61,953 nucleotides of DNA from Chloroflexota bacterium (GTDB lineage: Bacteria > Chloroflexota > Anaerolineae > Promineifilales > Promineifilaceae). Below are positions 57,886 to 61,953 of this stretch, one piece after another. The notes under the pieces are model-generated. The model ran no database searches, had not been told where the DNA came from, and saw nothing but the letters and a program-made list of their open reading frames with translations. Position 1 is the stretch's first letter. Each line of letters begins with the position of its first letter. The DNA is taken from the NCBI GenBank assembly GCA_046485205.1, contig JAWOHK010000057.1:1-61953 (forward strand), in the 5' to 3' direction. A program made the translations under genes and the position numbers.

Positions 57886-59196
57886 ATGAATATAATCGAC
57901 CTGCTGAAGAGTCTGATTTCGTTGGATTTAGGTAATTTTATACGACGCAACTTCGGCACCGGGCCGGAAATCGAATTACTCATTGATGTGGGTGGCGTAT
58001 TTATATTGGCCACCTTCTGTTTGTTGATCGTCATTTTCCTCATCTGGCTGGAACGAAAAGTCATCGCTCGCATCCAGGACCGGATCGGCCCTAATCGGGT
58101 CGGCGGCCGCTTTGGCTTGTTGCAAACTGTAGCTGATGTCATGAAGCTCCTGACCAAGGAAGTCATCAATCCCGCCGGGGCTGACTGGATTACTTATAAC
58201 CTTGCCCCCATCCTGGTCGTCATCGCCTCGGTAGTGATTTGGGCTATCATTCCCTTCGCGCCGGGCGTTATCGGGGTTGACCTCAACATCGGCATTTTCT
58301 TTTTCCTGGCCGTTAGCTCGGCCTCCGTCATGGTTCTGCTGCTTGCCGGGTGGGGTTCCAACAACAAGTACGCCCTGCTGGGTGCTTTTCGATCTGTGGC
58401 CCAGATGGTTAGCTATGAGGTGCCGATGATTCTGGCCCTCATCGTCCCCATTATCCTGGCCCGCAGCATGTCAACCGGCGATATCGTTAACGCCCAGACA
58501 ATACCCTTTATTCTGTTCGCGCCGCTCTCCGCCCTCATTTTCTACATTTCAGCGCTGGCTGAAACAGGCCGGACCCCCTTCGATTTGCTCGAAGCCGAAT
58601 CGGAGATCGTGGCCGGGTACCACATCGAATACGGCGGCATGAAATTCGGCATGTTCTTCCTTGCCGAGTTTATCAGTACTTTGTTCATGTCGGCTCTCTT
58701 CGCCACGCTCTACCTGGGTGGCTACCGCGCCTTTGGGCTGGAAAATTGGGTCAGTTCCGATGGCTATCCCTACGGCCGGCTCTTTGGCCTGGCCGCGTTC
58801 TTCATCAAGACCTTCGCCATCTACTTCATCTTCATCTGGATTCGCGGCACGCTGCCGCGGGTGCGGGTGGACCAGATTCTGAACTACAACTGGAAATTAC
58901 TGGTGCCGTTGTCGCTCGTGCTGGTGTTTGTCGTTGCCATCACGGACAAACTCATCCCTGACTCGGCTAACCAGGTCTTGCGGATGGGCATTCATCTCGG
59001 GCTGAACGTATTAATCGCGGTGGTCGTGTTAGAATTGATCCGCCGCCGGGGACGTGAAAGGCGGATGGCCGCCGGCGGCGGGCCGGGCAACGGTCTGCCC
59101 CTGACTGCTGATCACGGGCCCGATGATTTAACGGACGACCATGGAATCGGAGAAACGCTCGGGGGCCGGGAGCCGGTGAGCGTTCCCATTCACTAG
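57886..59196 (+). CDS. nuoH: NADH-quinone oxidoreductase subunit H
   Basis: WLERK..ARIQDRIGPN, GW.SNNKYALLG..R...Q.VSYE, AETGRTPFDLLEAESE, RGTLPRVRVDQ. Confidence 0.95.
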   Translation: MNIIDLLKSLISLDLGNFIRRNFGTGPEIELLIDVGGVFILATFCLLIVIFLIWLERKVIARIQDRIGPNRVGGRFGLLQTVADVMKLLTKEVINPAGADWITYNLAPILVVIASVVIWAIIPFAPGVIGVDLNIGIFFFLAVSSASVMVLLLAGWGSNNKYALLGAFRSVAQMVSYEVPMILALIVPIILARSMSTGDIVNAQTIPFILFAPLSALIFYISALAETGRTPFDLLEAESEIVAGYHIEYGGMKFGMFFLAEFISTLFMSALFATLYLGGYRAFGLENWVSSDGYPYGRLFGLAAFFIKTFAIYFIFIWIRGTLPRVRVDQILNYNWKLLVPLSLVLVFVVAITDKLIPDSANQVLRMGIHLGLNVLIAVVVLELIRRRGRERRMAAGGGPGNGLPLTADHGPDDLTDDHGIGETLGGREPVSVPIH

Positions 59197-59223
59197 TTTT
59201 TATTACTGATTCGAGGCGCATGT

Positions 59224-59775
59224 ATGAGCCAGCAGATCATCTTTTTTATACTCGCCGCCGCCATTCTGACCTCGGCCATCGCCGTGGTCACGCTCAGGAA
59301 TCTATTCCACTCGGCGTTGGCGTTGATGGTGTCATTTGTGGGAGTCGCCGGGCTTTATATCTTGCTCGAAGCAGCCTTTCTGGGGATGGCGCAATTACTG
59401 GTTTACATCGGGGCCATATCGGTCCTGATCATCTTTGCCATTATGATGACCCGCCGCCTGATGCAGACCAGCGAGAGCCCGTTTAACTCCCAGGCGATTG
59501 CCGCCCTCATCGGCTCATTAATCGCACTGGCCATTTTGGTCGTCGTCATCTCCCGGCTCTACCCGTTGGCTCCCAGCGCCGATTCCTTGCTGGGCGCAGC
59601 TCCCCCCGTAGACCCGGTTATCATTAGCACCAGCGTGGCCAGGATGGGCCGCGCCTTCGTCAGCGCCGATGCCTATGTGCTGCCGTTCGAAGTGGCCTCG
59701 GTGTTACTGCTGGCGGCGCTGGTCGGCTCGATCATCATCGCCTGGCCGCGCAGCGGCGAGGAGGACAACCTGTGA
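59224..59775 (+). CDS. nuoJ: NADH-quinone oxidoreductase subunit J
   Basis: N.FHSAL.L, QLLVYIGAI.VL..F.IM, Y.LPFE..S..LL.A.VG. Confidence 0.93.
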   Translation: MSQQIIFFILAAAILTSAIAVVTLRNLFHSALALMVSFVGVAGLYILLEAAFLGMAQLLVYIGAISVLIIFAIMMTRRLMQTSESPFNSQAIAALIGSLIALAILVVVISRLYPLAPSADSLLGAAPPVDPVIISTSVARMGRAFVSADAYVLPFEVASVLLLAALVGSIIIAWPRSGEEDNL

Positions 59776-60080
59776 TCCCCCTATCCTGGTATCTCTTGTT
59801 GAGCGCGGCCTTGTTCTGTATTGGACTCTTCGGCGTCTTGGCCCGGCGTAACGCCATCGCCATTCTGATGGGGGTGGAGCTCATGCTCAACGCCGTCAAT
59901 ATCAATCTCATCGCTTTCTGGCGCTATTTGACGCCTGACCGGTCGGTGGGCCTTGTTTGGGCCACCTTTGTGCTGACCGTAGCGGCGGCCGAGGCGGCCG
60001 TCGGTCTGGCGCTTATTATCTCAGTCTACCGCAACCGCGATTCGGTCATCGCCGAGGAATTGGACACTTTGAGGAATTAG
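59772..60080 (+). CDS. nuoK: NADH-quinone oxidoreductase subunit K
   Basis: LF.IG..G.L.RRN, ELMLNAVN.N, VAAAEAAVGLA. Confidence 0.95.
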   Translation: MIPLSWYLLLSAALFCIGLFGVLARRNAIAILMGVELMLNAVNINLIAFWRYLTPDRSVGLVWATFVLTVAAAEAAVGLALIISVYRNRDSVIAEELDTLRN

Positions 60081-60160
60081 GAATTACGAATAAAGTATTT
60101 GGAGTCAATATCACCCCAGCACACATTTCTTTCACAATTCCTGATTCCTAATTCATAATT
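60074..60160. repeat. Heptamer (STRR-like) repeats in inverted arrangement between nuoK and nuoL
   Basis: gaattag-gaattac-gaataaa ... ttcacaa-ttcctga-ttcctaa-ttcataa; similar heptamer runs at ~22054-22086 and ~33752-33810. Confidence 0.6.
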
Positions 60161-60178
60161 TCTACTTGGCTATCGCCT

Positions 60179-61953
60179 ATGAACGAGCAAGTACTTACCA
60201 CAATGACCTGGCTAATTCCGGCGCTGCCGATATTAGCCTTCTTTGTGATCGCCCTGGTCGCCCATCGCAACCGGACGTTGAGCTGGATCATTGCCTGGGC
60301 AGCGATCATCAGTTCGCTTATCATGAGCTGGACGGTCGCCTTTAATGTGTTGGGGGTAGGGATCCACGAATTGGAAGAGCATCCCGTCCAAATCGCCAGC
60401 TCATTTAGCTGGCTGCCGTTGGGTGATTACTACCAGGGGCAGTGGCTCGACATCGGCGTGGCCGTCGATCCATTAGCCGCGATCATGCTCCTGATGGTCT
60501 CCTTTGCCACGACCATGATCTTCATTTACAGCGTCGGCTACCACAATTGGGGACAAGGGCTGGGAACCCATGTCGGAGAACCGCAACACGACATGACCGA
60601 AGAGCCGTCGCTGGCGCGTTTCTTCGGTTATATGAGCCTTTTCGGCGGGTCGATGCTGCTGCTGACCGTGGCCGACAATCTATTGCTCCTGTTTATCGCT
60701 TGGGAATTGATGGGCTTCTGCTCCTATTCGCTCATCGGCTTCTGGTATACACGCAACTATCCCGCCGACGACGTAGGGATTCCCCACATCACGCCCCGCC
60801 AAGCGGCCGTCAAGGCTTTCATGACCACCCGTATCGCTGATGTGGTCATGCTGCTGGGCATTGTCTTCATGTGGTGGGCCTTCGGGACGCTGAACTTCAG
60901 CCAGGCATTTACCGTCGAGAACTTCGAGCGCGTCATCGGTCTTGTCGGCTTTGGTGGCCTGGCCGTGATGACGCTGCTTATCTTCAGCGGCACAGTCGGC
61001 AAATCGGCCCAGTGGCCACTGCATACCTGGTTGCCGGACGCCATGGAAGGCCCGACCCCGGTCAGTGCCATCATCCATGCCGCCGCCATGGTTTCGGCCG
61101 GCATCTACCTGCTGCTGCGTATCTTCCCCATGATCGCTATCAGCATCGAGACGACGCCTTACGCTGGACCGATTATCGCTGGAATCGGCATCTTTACAGC
61201 CTTCATGGCCGCCACCATTGCCGTGGCCCAGTATGATGTCAAGGCTGTGCTGGCCTACTCGACCATCTCGCAGTTGGGTTTCATGGTCGCGGCAATCGGC
61301 CTGGGGGCCTATGTCGCGGCGACTTTCCACCTCATCACCCATGCCTTCTTCAAGGCGCTGCTCTTCCTGGCTTCCGGGTCGGTCATTCATGGCATGGAAC
61401 ATGGCGCGCTGCATGTTCATGATCACCACCACGATCCCCAGGATATGCGTAACATGGGCGGGCTCCGCAAGAAAATGCCCATTACCTTCTGGACGTTTCT
61501 GATAGGTGGCATGGCCCTGTCCGGTTTGCCATTTATCACCGCCGGATTCTGGTCGAAAGACGAAATCTTCGCCGAAGGCTGGTACGTCTGGACTCAGGAC
61601 GGCAATATCATGGGGTTGGTGGCCTTCGTGGTGCTGGCCCTGACGGCGCTGTTAACCGCCTTCTATACCATGCGCCAGATTAGCCTGACCTTCCTGGGCC
61701 AATCACGGACCCAACTGGCCGAACACGCCCGCGAAAGCAACGCTTTTATGACGATACCGCTCATCCTCCTGGCGATCTTTGCGGTGGTTGTCGGTTGGTC
61801 AGGTATCCCCGATAATTTCCTGAGGACGGACGGAATATTCTACAATTTCTTCCATCATTACGTGGGGGCGGCTTACTACGAGCTGGTCAATGAACTCTAT
61901 GCCCTAGACCTGGTGGCCCATCGGATTCAGACAATTCCATGGAACTGGACACC
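60179..61953 (+). CDS. nuoL: NADH-quinone oxidoreductase subunit L (partial; runs off the window end, absent from the ORF track)
   Basis: Manual translation from ATG 60179: WLIPALP, IFIYSVGY, WELMGFCSYSLIGFWY, GKSAQWPLHTWLPDAMEGPTPVSA, LAYSTISQLG, HAFFKALLFL, QDMRNMGGL, GFWSKDEI. Confidence 0.93.
   Translation, partial: MNEQVLTTMTWLIPALPILAFFVIALVAHRNRTLSWIIAWAAIISSLIMSWTVAFNVLGVGIHELEEHPVQIASSFSWLPLGDYYQGQWLDIGVAVDPLAAIMLLMVSFATTMIFIYSVGYHNWGQGLGTHVGEPQHDMTEEPSLARFFGYMSLFGGSMLLLTVADNLLLLFIAWELMGFCSYSLIGFWYTRNYPADDVGIPHITPRQAAVKAFMTTRIADVVMLLGIVFMWWAFGTLNFSQAFTVENFERVIGLVGFGGLAVMTLLIFSGTVGKSAQWPLHTWLPDAMEGPTPVSAIIHAAAMVSAGIYLLLRIFPMIAISIETTPYAGPIIAGIGIFTAFMAATIAVAQYDVKAVLAYSTISQLGFMVAAIGLGAYVAATFHLITHAFFKALLFLASGSVIHGMEHGALHVHDHHHDPQDMRNMGGLRKKMPITFWTFLIGGMALSGLPFITAGFWSKDEIFAEGWYVWTQDGNIMGLVAFVVLALTALLTAFYTMRQISLTFLGQSRTQLAEHARESNAFMTIPLILLAIFAVVVGWSGIPDNFLRTDGIFYNFFHHYVGAAYYELVNELYALDLVAHRIQTIPWNWT

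Noticed and set aside
1-61953. Numerous long antisense or overlapping ORFs (for example 36170-37201, 40283-41080, 48612-49355, 60680-61432) and RNA genes
   Set aside because: The ORFs are shadows of GC-rich coding genes with no family motifs. I recognised no tRNA, rRNA or riboswitch by eye; an Infernal/Rfam scan would be needed to exclude them.

Overview
A 62 kb gene-dense chromosomal window. It is most likely from an Anaerolineae-type Chloroflexota bacterium; this is inferred from protein style, short intergenic repeat families and many leaderless-looking promoters. Layout: (1) 1-13 kb, cell-surface locus with three large secreted repeat or lectin-like proteins and an rfbF/epimerase/C-methyltransferase/sulfotransferase cassette; (2) 14-27.8 kb, block of small membrane proteins and lipoproteins (2x DUF1269, SHOCT, DUF6325-like, HdeD-like, K+ channel, DAG kinase, META lipoprotein, 4TM holin-like, ABC1 kinase) ending in a truncated ABC gene; (3) 28-48 kb, mixed genes including panD, a DmpA-type peptidase, pcm, a tandem SPFH operon, rfbG, glk/pgl, an ECF sigma/ZAS pair, nth and an orphan N6-methyltransferase; (4) 48-57 kb, kamA, IclR, cyclase, amidase and an OmpR-type regulator; (5) a nuoA-H-J-K-L run that lacks nuoBCD and nuoI and continues off the window end. 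I found no rRNA, tRNA, CRISPR array or transposase. Best candidates for undescribed biology: a 30-bp motif shared by three promoters, each exactly 23 nt before a -10 hexamer, which defines a putative membrane-remodelling regulon; a shared C-terminal [YF]LP tail on secreted proteins; a membrane-arm-only complex I operon; an SPFH pair with a TPR/S24-like partner; and an inverted ~200-bp duplication that may mark a 35 kb inversion. All family assignments come from motif recognition by eye; no searches were run.
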